A stretch of DNA of 63,959 nt, filler included, from Neolecta irregularis DAH-3 (GCA_001929475.1; 8 parts of 8 records of this genome joined end to end with filler, not necessarily neighbours in it), one strand, 5' to 3'. Positions 13,022 through 26,699 are shown, counted from the first letter of the whole stretch. Translations and numbers: made by a program. The notes: generated by a model from the sequence alone, not told the origin.

Positions 13022-14425
13022 ATGAGGTATCATACCCTTTCTTATCTTTTTGCTAATACCAACAAGTCACTGTAAGTTTGAGGTTTGTAAACTCTAACGC
13101 GAACAATCAAAGCCTGATATATCTAGTCCCCCAGAAAGGGTTCCCTCGGGTTTCTGCCCAAAAAACGAGGTATACTTCTTCATTTTTCTAGCCTCTCATC
13201 CGATAGCTGCTCGCCACCGTGGACGAGTACGCTCTTTTCCCCCAGATAAACAAACCGATCCGTGTCATTTGACCGCTTTCATGGCTTACAAAGCTGGAAT
13301 GACACACATCGTCAGAGATTTGAATCGACCGGGATCCAAGATGCATAAGAAGGAGGTCGTTGAGCCAGTCACCATCATAGACTGCCCGCCCATGGTCATC
13401 GTTGGTATTGCTGGATATGTCCAAACCCCCAGGGTACCAATCTAGGCATATTCTTGAGGTACTGATTCCTCTAGGGTCTTCGATCTCTCACCACCGTCTG
13501 GACAGAGCATCTCAGCGAGGAAGTCCGTCGTCGGTTTTACAAGAACTGGTACAAGTCGAAGAAGAAGGCCTTCACCAAGTACGCTAGAAAACATGCCGAT
13601 GGCGCCAAATCTATCGCACGGGAAATAGAACGCATTAAAAAATACTGCACTGTCGTCCGAGTCCTTGCCCATACTCAAATTCGAAAAACACCAATCAAAC
13701 AAAAAAAGGCTCATCTTATGGAAATCCAGGTCAACGGAGGAACAATCGCTCAAAAGGTCGACTGGGCTTACGAACATTTCGAAAAGACAATCGATATTGG
13801 CTCCGTCTTTGCACAAGATGAGAACATCGACATTATTGGTGTAACCAAGGGTAAAGGGGTTGAAGGTGTTACAAAACGTGTATGTTTCTCCTCTCCCTCG
13901 ACGATCATTAAATTACATAGTGGGGCACCAAAAAACTACCCAGAAAGACTCACAAAGGTCTACGAAAAATTGCTTGTATCGGGGCTTGGCATCCAGCCAA
14001 AGTTACCTGGACGGTTGCTCGAGCGGGTCAGGACGGTTATTTCCATCGAACGTCACTCAACCACAAGATCTACCGACTCGGCAAGGGCGATGATCCAAAC
14101 AACGCTACGACATCCATGGATCACACTGCCAAACAAATTACACCTATGGGAGGATTTCCTCACTATGGATTTATTAAGAACGGTTCGACGTCTTTCAGAA
14201 AATTTATGCTCATTAATTTTAGATTTTATCATGATCAAAGGTTGCTGCCCAGGAGTCAGAAAGCGTGTGTTGACTCTCCGCAAGAGTCTCCATGTTCATA
14301 CAACTCGACGTGCCTTGGAGGAAATCACGCTCAAATGGATTGACACCTCTTCGAAATTCGGACATGGGCGATTCCAGACGGCGGCAGAAAAGTCGGCCTT
14401 CATGGGGGCCCGAAAACACGATTGA
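13022..14425 (+). CDS. RPL3: 60S ribosomal protein L3 (uL3), 6 introns
   Basis: [47 protein letters not shown]. Confidence 0.98.
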
Positions 14426-14762
14426 ACGTGTGGTGTTACTTAGAAGGGTTTCTGATGAGCTGCATTATATATGATTTTCTGCTCCTCCATTTATCTTGGC
14501 AACTTTCTGTGGTACCAACATCATTATTCTACATGACTATCCAAATTTCCTATAGAGCCTGGCTTTGCCGTGATACCATCAACAATATCACTTCGCTCCA
14601 TGACTGTCCACATTTTTTGCATTGTCATATTTCTCCTCCTCTAGTAATGAATCTCGGAATTACAGCAATACTGAACTCCAACATAGACACACAATGACAT
14701 CTTTCAGGTTCACAGGGCATAAAACTATGTGCTCTATGGTCGGTACCTATTGCCATACTCCT

Positions 14763-15206
14763 CTAATAATCCAAGTTGATTGCCTTTCCAAATTTCCCAT
14801 AAAGAAGTTTCTTTAGCTCTGCCATTTCCTGTTTTATCTCGTCCAATTCCTTGCTCAGGAAATCTAGTTTCTCGTCCGTCAATTCTTTTGCCGAATCGAG
14901 ACGCGATTGAACTTCTTCCAGACTCATCAACCAAAAGCTATCGCCAACCTGGTATCTACTTCAGTCAGGAAAAAAAGGCTGAATAATATCTTTCCTGATA
15001 AGTTCATCCTCGTCGCTCAAAATGAGTTCGTTGATTGTATCATCTAGCGAATCCTTCTCTTCTTTCTTGGAAGCTATCGTAGTTTCGATTTCGTCTAACC
15101 GTACATTGAGACTTGAGAAGCGATTAATGCGTTTTTGATCCTCCCAGGCTACTTCTGCATCTGTTTCCTCCTGCGATGAAATAAAACTTAGATTCCCGTC
15201 CGACAT
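14763..15206 (-). CDS. GIM3: Prefoldin subunit 4, single GA-AG intron at 14956-14994
   Basis: EVAWEDQKRINRFS, DEDELIR/YQVGDSF, LYGKFGKAINLD. Confidence 0.92.
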
Positions 15207-15558
15207 GTGGTTGCTCGAAAGATCAGTCTCCGGTAATTCCCGAGGTTGGGACTCTAGTTCAATATCCATCCAATAATCATACATATTCGTAGACCTTAAA
15301 TCTCTGGCAGTGGCATTGGGATTGGGTGCAAGTTTTATTTTACAACAGAATCGAGTTGATGCTCTGTCGATTCTTATCTGATAAGTAGCTAAATTACGCT
15401 AGGAAATGCAAGTGAAAATCGGAGATTCGTTCTGCAAGACAATTATTCATGATGAAGCGATCAGATTCATTAGATAACGGAGAATAGTTGACACTATGGG
15501 AAGGAACTGCTGACAAATTAAGAGTAGGCAAAATCATGCAAGGTCTTCAAACTACCAT

Positions 15559-16796
15559 CTATTCTTGCTTTGACCGTTTTTGCATCTCCATGGTGGCATA
15601 CCTCTTTACCTTTCGATCAAAGTCAAACCTCACGAATGGCCAAATGATTCCTCCTAGCACCCCTAGTACTGTATCCACCAAGACATTATTCCGAGGCGAG
15701 AGACCTATATTGTTGACGAATTGTTTTGCAAGAATATACCTTTCATACTATTTCGAGCCATATTACCGAATAACTCTGTCGTTATCAAGAACTCGCCGCT
15801 ATCAAGACCTTTCAAAACCGCTTTGGAAACTTGTTCGGCAGTTTGACCTGCATCTGATCCTTCCAACTCTTTCGTCAAATCCGGTTTGATCAATTGTTCT
15901 TGCTCAAAACCCGGAGTGTATATAGTTGAGGGAAAGCTGCAATGGACCTTGATATTATATATCATACCCTCCTGGCGAAGAGTATCAGCTAACGACCGAA
16001 GAGCAGCCTTTGTTGGAGAGTAAGACGAATAACCAGCAAAAGTAATGAAACCGCAAAAGGATGATACGAACATAATATGGCGAGGCGGTGAATCTTTGGG
16101 TAGAGGATTCTTGGCCATGAGTTTCCAGGTCGCCTGTACTTCAGTTACGATTCTTTAATGACACGCTTACGTGTGTGATGTATAATGCAGTGAAGTAATT
16201 CATTTTCATTGACCAGTCAAAGACGTCTGTTTCCTGATCTATGAATAATTGCGGGTTTGACATTCCTTGCATTAGTAATTGTAATGAATAAAACAATATA
16301 CCAGCACAGCATAGTAATACATCTGGGATACCACCACATTCATCCAATGCCCTCTGAGCCTCTTTTGCACTCGTCAAGTCCGCACTAACAAACCTCACTG
16401 TTTGCTGATCGCTTCTTCGTGCATTCTATAGTCAATTGGCTGGTAGTTTTAGGAGAATACCTCGATCTCCTTTGCAGCCGCTTTCAGCTTTGATTTATCC
16501 CTTGCAACGATTACGATATTTGCTCCCCTTTTTGACAGATCGATAGCCATTGCTTTTCCCATCCCTTGAGAACCACCCGTTATCACGACAAGCTAGCTTA
16601 TCAGCACTTGCTGACTTGAATCAGTTACTCTTCCGTCCACGATGAAATGATTTCGACGCAGAAACATACCGTAACCAACCAGATATGCAATTGATATTAC
16701 TAAAAATGAAAGCAAAGTTGATTTGACAGGTCCAAAGGTGCCTGCGTAGTCTCTGTATGGCGAAAGGTATATTAATACGTCCAGGAGCGAATACAT
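15559..16796 (-). CDS. TSC10: 3-ketodihydrosphingosine reductase (SDR), 5 introns; the start may be further downstream
   Basis: [40 protein letters not shown]-terminal hydrophobic segment. Confidence 0.9.
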
Positions 16797-17041
16797 GGCA
16801 AGGTAGACGGTTATTTGGCAAATTATTTGTGCGGGCGATCTTCGGCGCCATATATTTTAATAACTCTTAACTATGTTCTGAATATTTTGCATTGACCCTT
16901 TCGTATCCCTGCTCCTTTTTACTTTTATATAGCGTCGCTTTGAAGATAACGTCAAACGTTGAAGAATACGACAAGGTCATATTAGCAAATGCGGCGTATG
17001 ATAAAGCGACGCTTGACTGAACAAGCGGATCAATTTAGTCT

Positions 17042-17078
17042 CGCTGCCGAATGAATGCCCGCTGCCGAATGAATGCCC
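17042..17078. repeat. 18-nt perfect tandem duplication
   Basis: CGCTGCCGAATGAATGCC present twice. Confidence 0.9.
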
Positions 17079-17502
17079 AAGCAAAAAACTTGATTGGTGT
17101 GACTCGATAGAACAAATATCCACATTTTTCTCTGAAAGATATTCATGGGGCCTCAATGGCTGTGATTCTTCTCAGCTGTGATTCACTTCAAGCTACAAGC
17201 CATTCACCAAAGTATATGCTCAGGTGTATCGAATCTAGACCCTTGTCAATGCTTATACGTAACGCGTTGTATAAGTTGTGATAATAAGAAAACGAATTGT
17301 GCTATGTGAACGAGGCCGCCAGAGCGAATGACGCAAGACTTTATGTATATTCTAACGTAATCTTGCCATATGATAAGCCTCGTGGATACTTAATGACCGA
17401 CTTCATGGCACAGGGCTCCTAAAGCCCTCGTAAAGCAGACATTCTGGACTACTGTGACCGACATCTGCCGACTTTTCTCGACAATTCGCACCGGGTTCTG
17501 GA

Positions 17503-19255
17503 ATGACTGGTCAAAAACCGGCACTGAATTTTCTCGATGTGCCACCCGAAATCCAGTCGTTAATACTTGAATATTTACATCCTGCATGCATGGACTGCGA
17601 GGATTTGTCCCTGATCAACGTCGCATGTTCGTGTCAATCGCTTCGTGAAATCGCGGAATCGTTACTTCTCGCGCGTACTCAATTAAGAACTGCGAGGGCA
17701 CTGAGCATTCTGGTATCGCATTTGACGGAGCGGAAAGCAGCTCGAATTATTGATCTGGAGTTTAGCAATTCTTGGACCGACTCTGAGGATTTTGATATCC
17801 AGGAACTATTCAAGAAGCTATTTACACTTTGTCAATATCATGTTACTATCCTCAGTTTTGATCGTATGAGTGAAGAGCATATGAATGTATTGGCTTTGAT
17901 TCTGGAGACCGAGAGATATGATTTTCGCAAGTTGGATCAGGTAAATAATCAGTATTCATAGTCTGATCGCCAAGGTATGTATGGATACACTCCAATGGGC
18001 CACAAATGATCCTGACTTTTCTATTGGTACTTGGGATCCGATTTCTCGATTCAAAAGTTTCATTTCTGGACTCCGACAGTTCTTTTATGCCGCCCCTCTT
18101 GGGCTCACATTTACTGAAGAACAGCTTCAGATTTTATTCGAATCATCAATAGAGGCTTTACAACTACAAGTTGCGATAACTCCCGACGTCGCTCTCATGA
18201 TTCTCAAATATCTTCACCGGTGGAAACATCTTAAACGCCTTATCATCGACTATCGGGAGATGGACCAAAGTCCACTGATGGAGTTTATATCAGGAATATG
18301 GTCAACGTACTATCACTTTAGAGAGAAATGCAATGGGTTAGCCGAGCGACATGGACTTGATATATGTCACGTCGTTTTAGCCGAGCCAGAGGAGATACTT
18401 TCACTTCAGGATCTCCACGGATCAACTTATCCGGCATCGCAAGTTCTTCAATGGTATATTTGTGGGTTCCCTTTTTGGAAAAGAGCCTTTGAGCTTTTCC
18501 CAGAGTTTTCGGATATCGAAATTTCGCAATCCTTTGATTTAATTCTCGATAATCGAGAGGCTATCAATATAGAAAGTCTATGTCTATTAATACCTTTTGC
18601 GGCCCGCTTTGTGCGGCCAGCGTTGAACATGATTCCTGAATTAAAAATCATTACTTTGTCATGCCATGACCATGCTCGGACTGTAGACGAAATTCACACT
18701 CTTGACACATTATTCCTCGAAATATGTCAAACATGGGATCTAGTTGCGCTTACACTCGAACTACAAGTACCATCTATAAGCACAGATGGACTGTGGACTG
18801 GTATCCAAAGCATCAAATCCAACCTGGAAGACGTTCTACTCGATGTTGATAGTCTGTATCAAGGGAGTCTTTTGAGTCCTTCAGAAATGTTCAACCCTCA
18901 ACCTGAAATAATTACAAATCTTCTTTGCATTTTATCTCAATGCGAAAACCTGAAACTTCTCGAGATGACCGGCGGGTATCTTGATGCGAAAGAGCATGGC
19001 CGGCCACTTGAAGAATTCCTCGCTATCATGAAACGTCGCGGTCTGCGATCTTGGACCTGGCAAATCCGATCTTTTCGCGGAGAGGATGAAGAGTGGCTTA
19101 TTCCAGGCGAGGATTGCACTCGTATGATTGCCAAATGCGCTGAATTTTTTAAACGGTTTGCGGATCCGATCGTTGAGTGGAATATTCAGCCGATATTGGC
19201 CTACGAGCAAACTTTGCCTGCACAAATGATAGAAGCACTAGAAATTGTCCACTGA
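17503..19255 (+). CDS. F-box protein with LRR-like C-terminus, intron 17941-17974
   Basis: LNFLDVPPEIQSLILEYL...LINVACSCQSLREIA F-box pattern; LxxLxL repeats. Confidence 0.7.
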
Positions 19256-19469
19256 TACTGAGCTTGATGAGAGACAATAAAAGATACGAATAGGTTCAGT
19301 TACCATTGACCGTAGCAGTTTGCCTAGTATGATATAATATATTCCAAGACTGTCTTGTTCATGGAATCTCTATAAACCTTATAAAGTCGGGATTATTCAT
19401 TTCGTTGAGCGAAGTGAAATTATCTAGTTGCGCTTAACATGGCGTTCTCCATTAATTACCGACACAAGC

Positions 19470-19930
19470 ATGCACAGTACAGATCTAGGGTACTCGCTAT
19501 GGTTATGCCCGCCACCAGATTCTCCAATAATACTTATGCTGCGCTCGAAGATGGATATTCTGCACGAGTTGTTTAGCGATACACCGCGTTTTGAAGGACA
19601 TGTGACGCTGAGCAGCGGGATACCAGTATCCGCCGACGATATTAGTATATTTTTGCAAAAAGTAGCAGACAAGGCGAGGACCTGCGTACCGAGGGTTCAA
19701 GCTAATACACTTGTCTTTGGAACAGAATTTTATAAGCGAGTATTTGTCAGATGTGTACGATCGAACGAATTACTTTTTCTCGTACGGTTTATTCTGGAGT
19801 TAATTGGTACTAGTGCTGATAGGATGGAGGGGTTTGATCCTCATGTCAGTCTTGTGTACGCAAATTACTGCAAAAATGAAGGAGAGGTGACAAAGGTGGT
19901 TGGAGAAGTTTGTGGAATTGGCTGGCTTGG
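19470..19930 (+). CDS. CPD1: 2H cyclic-nucleotide phosphodiesterase (Cpd1-like), truncated by gap
   Basis: YSLWLCPP and two HxT/S motifs (GHVTL, PHVSLVY). Confidence 0.85.
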
Positions 19931-20030
19931 NNNNNNNNNNNNNNNNNNNNNNNNNNNNNNNNNNNNNNNNNNNNTTAATTAATTAANNNNNNNNNNNNNN
20001 NNNNNNNNNNNNNNNNNNNNNNNNNNNNNN

Positions 20031-20139
20031 TTTAATTTGTATTATATAAAGTAGATAGGCGTTCATTACCTAGCCAAGTTCAGTCACTCAGGCTAGTATA
20101 ATTAATAAACCTGGTCTTATTCGAACTCGAGCTTCAACA
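20031..20139 (+). mobile_element. 3' part of a putative LTR
   Basis: TATATAAA, AATAAA, ends in CA; reverse-complement copies at 35121-35177 and 59146-59191. Confidence 0.6.
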
Positions 20140-20466
20140 CTCATAGGCGTTAAATTAGTGCCTGTTTCCTGCTTTCGTTTTGCTTGCCACGATGAAACCT
20201 AGTTGATGATTGAAGCGGTTACTTCTTGAATCAAATTGATTGCGAGAATATTTTGATTGAGCGCTGGAAAGATTTAAAGCTCGACAAGAAATGATGTCTA
20301 CTAGTGTACCCACTAAAACCCTAGGGACTCACTTAATAATCGCATGTCCTATGCAGACAGCTTACTCAAGTCATGACTGATCCACGCTTTTAACCTATTT
20401 GTGTACTTGGGTCTCGACTTGATTTTTCTGGTGTGTTTAAATACGAATACATCATCATACTTGATT

Positions 20467-22468
20467 ATGTCTTCTGAACCGGCTGCTGCATCGAGCAGAA
20501 AGTCTGATCAAAGCGCGAATGGGAAAGAAAAAAGCCGCAAACGTATATCGCTCAGCTGTTTATCTTGTCGGAAGAGACGGGTTCGATGCTCGCGCCGCCG
20601 GCCCTGCACAAACTGTGCTCGGCGAAATGAAGATTGCATTTTCGAAGACGAGTGAACAATGTTTTGTCCTGGCGTCTGATCAGATAGATCAGTAATAATT
20701 ATAGACAATCAAGCCGCCCTAACACGGCTCGCGGAAGCCGAAGAGCAGCTTTCCGACTTGATGAAAGTGCGCGAAGCCGCCAACGGCCATACCCACGAGA
20801 CCACGTCAGATGCCCGAAAATCCGAGGATGGTTCGGCAGTCGAGGACATTAGTTCGCATTTCGGGGGTCTGTTGCTAATGCACGGGAAACAGAGATATGT
20901 AGGGAACCAGCCGGTTCGAGCTGGCCTGGTACACAAGACTCGGATATAAGCAGACCGTCTCACTTGGAGAAGCCAGAGCTGCGTATTATTTCCAGTCCGC
21001 TCCTTACCTACCGGAAAAACGCAATCATGCCTAGCATTCTGGGCCAGGAAGACTGCCAATTGCTACTCGGAATCATTACAAAGCTCCTTCCTCCACGGAC
21101 TATCACAGATTCCTTGATCAAAAGCTACAGTGACACCCAGGCCCAAGCGGCGTGGATCCTGGACCCCGAGTTTTCGGAAGATTATCTTCTTTTCTGGAAC
21201 ACAGGCAATATATCCCCGTTCTTCCTGGCCTTTGTCCTGGTTATTGTTTCGGTATCGATTCGGATGTACCCGCGAGATTCAGACCCAGAAGTGAAGCTGA
21301 TTGAAAGCGTCGTTGGAATGGACAGGACCAGTTACAGAACTGCTATTCAGGATGCAATTCACGAATGTATGTGCATCGGCAAGTTTCTTCAAAACTACGA
21401 TCTCACACTTGTGAAACTGCTTTTAGCTAATAGACTAAACAGCGATGTTATCTCGCTTTGTAGGCTTTTCTCACAACAAATACTTACCTTCAGCTCGGTC
21501 ATGGATGGCCCACGCGGTCTTAAGCGGGACTGCTTTAAGTCTTGGGTATGGTGATCACCTAGTCTGGCTAAGGCCATAGGCTACACAGAGACCCTTCTAA
21601 TCTTTGTCTGCCAAAGGAGGAGTGGGGATTACGCAGACGTCTCTGGAAGGCCGTATACACGACCGACAAGTATCACTCCAGCTGCACTGCTGTTTGTTTA
21701 TATGATAGATGTAATTCATGGCATCACGGACTGCCATCCCAACTTTTATTGGTGAATGCAGATTGCCATCCTCCAGCATATGACCCCGAACTGGATGGTC
21801 CAGGAGAAAAAGGCAAGCTGAAATATGAATTCTTTTGCCAATTCTGCTCGATCCTATCAATCCTCGGGGATATCTATCAAACCTTTTTCTCAAGTCAGAC
21901 AATCCAATACGCTTCTGTTCTTGAAATTGACGAAGAACTGCAACGGATTCCAGGCCAGTTGCCAACTTGTCTACAATTAAAGGATGACGAGCCAGATTCG
22001 GAGCAATTTTGGTATCAGTTGGCGATCGAGTCAATGCTCATGAATACAATCATGAGACTACATTTGCCTTATTTTCGACTAGGAGACCGTTCAAGGACGC
22101 TGGAGGCTTGTCGTAGATCAATGCATACGATTTATCTTCTTCAAGCTCGGTCCGTAGATGTCGAACGTTTCCGATCGCTCGGTCAGATATGGATGATGAT
22201 AGCACCTGTTTCGGCCGTAGTTTCGTTCAGCACACATCTTGCCTTGACAAACTCTGATGATACAGCCGACTGGGAATTGGTCCAGTCTACGCTTGAAACT
22301 CTTCGAGGTGTTCCGGAACTACATGGCTATCCAATTGCAGAGACGGCATTTGTATATGTCGAGAAACTGCTGGTTTTCCCGATGTTCAGGTATGAAGCTG
22401 TAGAGCAGCTCGAGACTTTATCCAACTCAGGACGGCTTTGGAACTGGCTTCAAAATTGCTTTGATTGA
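20467..22468 (+). CDS. Zn(II)2Cys6 transcription factor with fungal-specific TF domain; apparently frame-disrupted near 21560
   Basis: CLSCRKRRVRCSRRRPCTNCARRNEDC; LHRDPS motif; introns 20652-20687 and 20929-20972. Confidence 0.8.
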
Positions 22469-22602
22469 TTCTTCAGGGATATCCCGATAGAAAAGATGTT
22501 TATACATTAAAATATTAAAATCCAATGTATTAAATAACGAGCTATTTTCTATCCTGATCCTCGTTTCGACTTTGCTGGTCATTTTCCCAGAAATGCTCCA
22601 AT

Positions 22603-24912
22603 ATGGAAGGACAATCTCTTCAAACACAAAATTCATATTATCTATTCTCTTCTCATGATTTGGATCCAAATATTACATCTTGGAAGGTGTCGCACCTAAT
22701 GAATGATGATATCGAAGCCCAAGTATTCGCAAAGCTTAAAGACTCTGTCGAGCCACTACTCAATGATAAACTATTCATCCCTTCGAGTTCCCTGATTTGG
22801 CTTCAACGATGTCTGACTCTGAGTTGTCCGGAGAACTTCACTGGAAGCAGCAATAACTTCAAAGTGGATATACCTATAATCGAAAACCTAGAGTATTCAT
22901 GGTTTTTGAGTATTCGACCGAAAACACTTGCCAACGTTCAATTAAACCCAATTGATCTTAACGAATATTCAGACGAAGGCTTATCAATCCCAGAGCGATG
23001 GAGATCGACCATGGATCTGGATGACCTCATGATTGTGCCCAAAGAAATCTTCTGGCATATTCGGGAGGCCATTACTCCCAGACAATTCAAGGACATAGAA
23101 TTCAAGGTAAGAAGCAATCTTGATACTACAGCTGAATTCACAGCATCCTCGAGAACTTACGCCTCTCATGATGCCATTAACACCTCCACCTACCTCCCCT
23201 AGGACCTCACCAAAGCTCTCAGTATTAGCCACAGAGCTTGAATATTTAGTCAAAGAAGATAAAAAATCCAGTTATATTGACGAAATCTTTACACCAGATC
23301 AGCAGCTATTGCTACCTCAGGAGATCATGTCTTATATTAACGATACAATTGCACCCCATGTTCCCACTACGCCTAAATGCAAGCGAGGGCGCGAGTACGA
23401 GCTGGAAGATCCTCTCACGCCATCTTCGCCACAGAAAAAGCGATTTACCCCGGATATCCCGGATATCTCTAACTGGAAAATTCCTTTCAAGACATCATCT
23501 CCCCTAGATCTGAGTGGAATTTTTGAAACAAATGAATCTATCATGGAAAGTATCTTTCGAGAAAAACTGAATGAATTTGATGCTTTATTACGAGTGCCAC
23601 TTGCAAAAGTTCCAGAGGTCTCTGGATTGTCAATATTGCCCAAAAGACTGGCGGATCTAACAACAGATTTCAGAGCCTTCGAGGTGCCAAATATTAAAGG
23701 GCTAGATCTCGACGTCTCTTGGAACCCTTTCTCCGAAAAGCCTTCCATAGATTTTGGAACAATGACAGGAGACGATACCCCGGACCTTGTCTTCAAAACC
23801 ACGATTGGGCAAGTCCTCTACAAGTCCAAATTTGATCGCGAAGACTGTGAAATTTTTCTCGAAGAAGCCGAGAGTGTTGAAGCAGCTCCACCTGAAGGGA
23901 CTTTACAGCAAACCAGAAATCATTCAGATACACCAATGGACATTGAACCAGGCTCAGATATTACCTTTTCTACTTTGGATGATCTCGTGAGACGTCGCAC
24001 GAAGAAGAAAGCTCTGGCATCTGAATCTTTGCAATCGCCTTCACGTCACTCTGGTCTGAATTTACAAGATTTCTTATTACTCAGAGGTCAAAAGATTTCC
24101 TTGCAAAAAGGATCTGTTCAAAACCTTGAACTCGGGAAACTCAGCACGATACCATTAAAAGATGTCACCATTATTGAACAACCTGCGCGGAAAACGTTTT
24201 ATCCTGATATACCAAAATTTACAGGCGACCTTATTATTTCTCCCAGAAATTCAAAGCTCTTGCGACAACTCAAAGTTCTTTGTCCACACGCTACTTTCTT
24301 TGAGAGAGACCTTCTACTTCTTCCGAATGACGCAGATGCAGATATTATCCCATCTGTTCAATGTGCGATTCTCATATTCACTATCAGTCAGATTCATCAA
24401 CTTGGAGATACTGTAGCTAAACGACGTATTCAGAGTTGCAGAATTAAATTCGACATCATCGAACTTGTCGTCACTTACTCGGAAAGTATTTCTTCCGCAG
24501 AAATGAGGTCCTTATCTTTGCTTTCTTCAATGAAGGTACGTTGGACATTGGCGAGAGGAAATGAAGCTACTACTGCTTGGGTTGCTTTTCTCTGTGCGAA
24601 AAGAATTGGTCGAACTAAATTGACGGAGGAAGAATCATCGGAATGTTGACTTACTGGAGCATTAAGCTAACAGCACAGCATGAGAGATGGTTAAGAGCGT
24701 TCCCTTGGGTCAATGCTTATGCAGCAATGGGAATTCTTAGAGAAGTTTCTCTTTACGAGTTCTGTCTGATGGAATGGGACGAGTTATTGTTAAGATTTGA
24801 AGATTTATTGCCGCGAGATAAACTGGTATGCCATCCTTCTTTAGAAATTATTCCAAGATTTCTAGGAATGTATCTTCAAGACTTTACGATCATGGTCCGA
24901 CATTGCTATCTG
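22603..24912 (+). CDS. Zip2/SHOC1-like meiotic XPF-like protein; introns 23107-23143, 24641-24678 (GA-AG), 24826-24864
   Basis: LEDPLTP, FERD...DADII, EESSHERWLRAFPWVNAYAAMGIL...LYEFCLM HhH-like tail; family recognised from memory. Confidence 0.55.
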
Positions 24913-25378
24913 ACTATAAATCTCAATTATACAAATATATACCAACATGTTTGTGTTTCAATTCAGTGACGATGTCTTGTCAATAGTCACATCCACGAGA
25001 CACGTCATAAAGAGTGTGGTTGTCTAAAGTCCTTTTAGCCGGTAACCATTTAGGGCTGGAGTATGGATCTATGCGCTCTCCTTATGTCATCAAGGGCTCA
25101 CATAGACTGTTCTCCAAATGTTCTTTGCTCCACATCATTTATTTATTTCCAAACTATGAGGCTGATCCAGATTTTGTTTTTCCGTCATTGATACTGCTGT
25201 TTTTAGCTATGATGCTAACTAAACATGATACTCCTCCAAATCCCTCAAAAATACACTAAACAATATTTCCAATAGTAATATATGTTGTTCGTGGAGAAAC
25301 AAGATAACTCGCTTATACCAAGCTACTGGCCAAAAGTCCAAGCCCACAAATAAGTCGTCGTCGATCCACAACTTAACC

Positions 25379-26636
25379 ATGATGCCCTTGCAGCATACAA
25401 TGATGGACCTCTGGGCAAAATCTACAGCTGCATGGCCGATTTATAATAACCTGAGCCTCGATACTATCGCAGATATGTTGCAGAAAGCTCCACAGTTGTG
25501 CCAGCAGGTAATTGAGAAATGTAACCTTACTAACTGGTTCTCACAGCACCCGTTCGTGTGGTCATATATCGATAAGCCCACTGACGGACAATTATTCTTG
25601 GTCTTCATTCCTCCTCAGATGGTTGCTACTCCCCCTGGAGATGGGTTCCAATATATGGATCCAGAAAAAAGGATGGTTTTCGAGCTAGGGAACCGTGTAT
25701 ATTGTGTGATTTGTACACGCTGTCTCATAGTTTCCTAGGCCATCGAAGTTTTTGAGCATAAATGTGGATTTATTCCTGGTCAAGAACAGTTCACGTCGCG
25801 AGTTCGGCGTCGCTTTCATCTTGTTAGAGGAGGAAACGAACAACTATGGTTTCTCTATTATCTGCGGTCCGAACAACATGGTAGCCGTTCTTTAAACATC
25901 TACTGACTTTATAGAACGTGTGCCTGTCAATCCAGCCCTTGCGATTCCTCAACCTGCTCGTCGATATCCACTTCCGCCCATTAGCCAGAAAGAATTATGG
26001 TTATTCGGTCCGCCTCAAACCCAATCCACTGGGCAATGGCAAGTGCGCCCACCTCCTACCCAGGCGACCACTCCGACACACCACATGGGAATGCTTCCGG
26101 CCAGTGTGATGCAAGGTTTACCTTCGCAGGGATCGCATTTGGCTACGGCTTCAGTGAATGTTCAGCAACCGCAAATTGCTCAAAAACGGCAAAAGACTGA
26201 ACAAGATGATGATCTTGAGTTTATGAGCGTGAGAGATATTGCAAAAACTAGATATATGCGGCATCACGATTGGATGGAAGAAGTCTTGGGAAGCATTTAC
26301 AGCACGAAAGATATCACTCCTTCGAAATTGGAGTTTGGCGGGTTGACAACAGAACAGTATGAAGACAAGATCGTGAGGCTTATTACCAGTGCATATTCTA
26401 ATCAAAATGTGCAGAAATCTATCGAAGATGACTGCAAAAAGATGGAAGCTGAACATGCAGAGAAACTGGAAAAGTTTCAAAACAATTCCAGTGTATGGAA
26501 ACTTGCTGAACGCGAACTTGAACAATGCAAAACACTAGAAGAAATTGAAGCTGTTGAGCAAAGGACGACCGAAAAGACCAAAACGAGGGCTGTTAGCCGG
26601 CCGCGAGTGCGAAAAGTCCCAGTTCCTGCTGTTTAG
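25379..26636 (+). CDS. SSR4: SWI/SNF-RSC subunit Ssr4, 4 introns
   Basis: PFVWSYIDKPTDGQLFL, DGFQYMDPE, RDIAKTRYMRHHDWMEEV. Confidence 0.85.
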
Positions 26637-26699
26637 ATGACTTTGACAGGTGTTTATGGGTATGTTTTTGTAAGTGTACAGTTGAAATGCGCTCAAAGT

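Noticed and set aside
19931-20030. TTAATTAATTAA inside N runs (7 times in the window)
   Set aside because: Artificial scaffolding spacer with stops in all frames; not biological.
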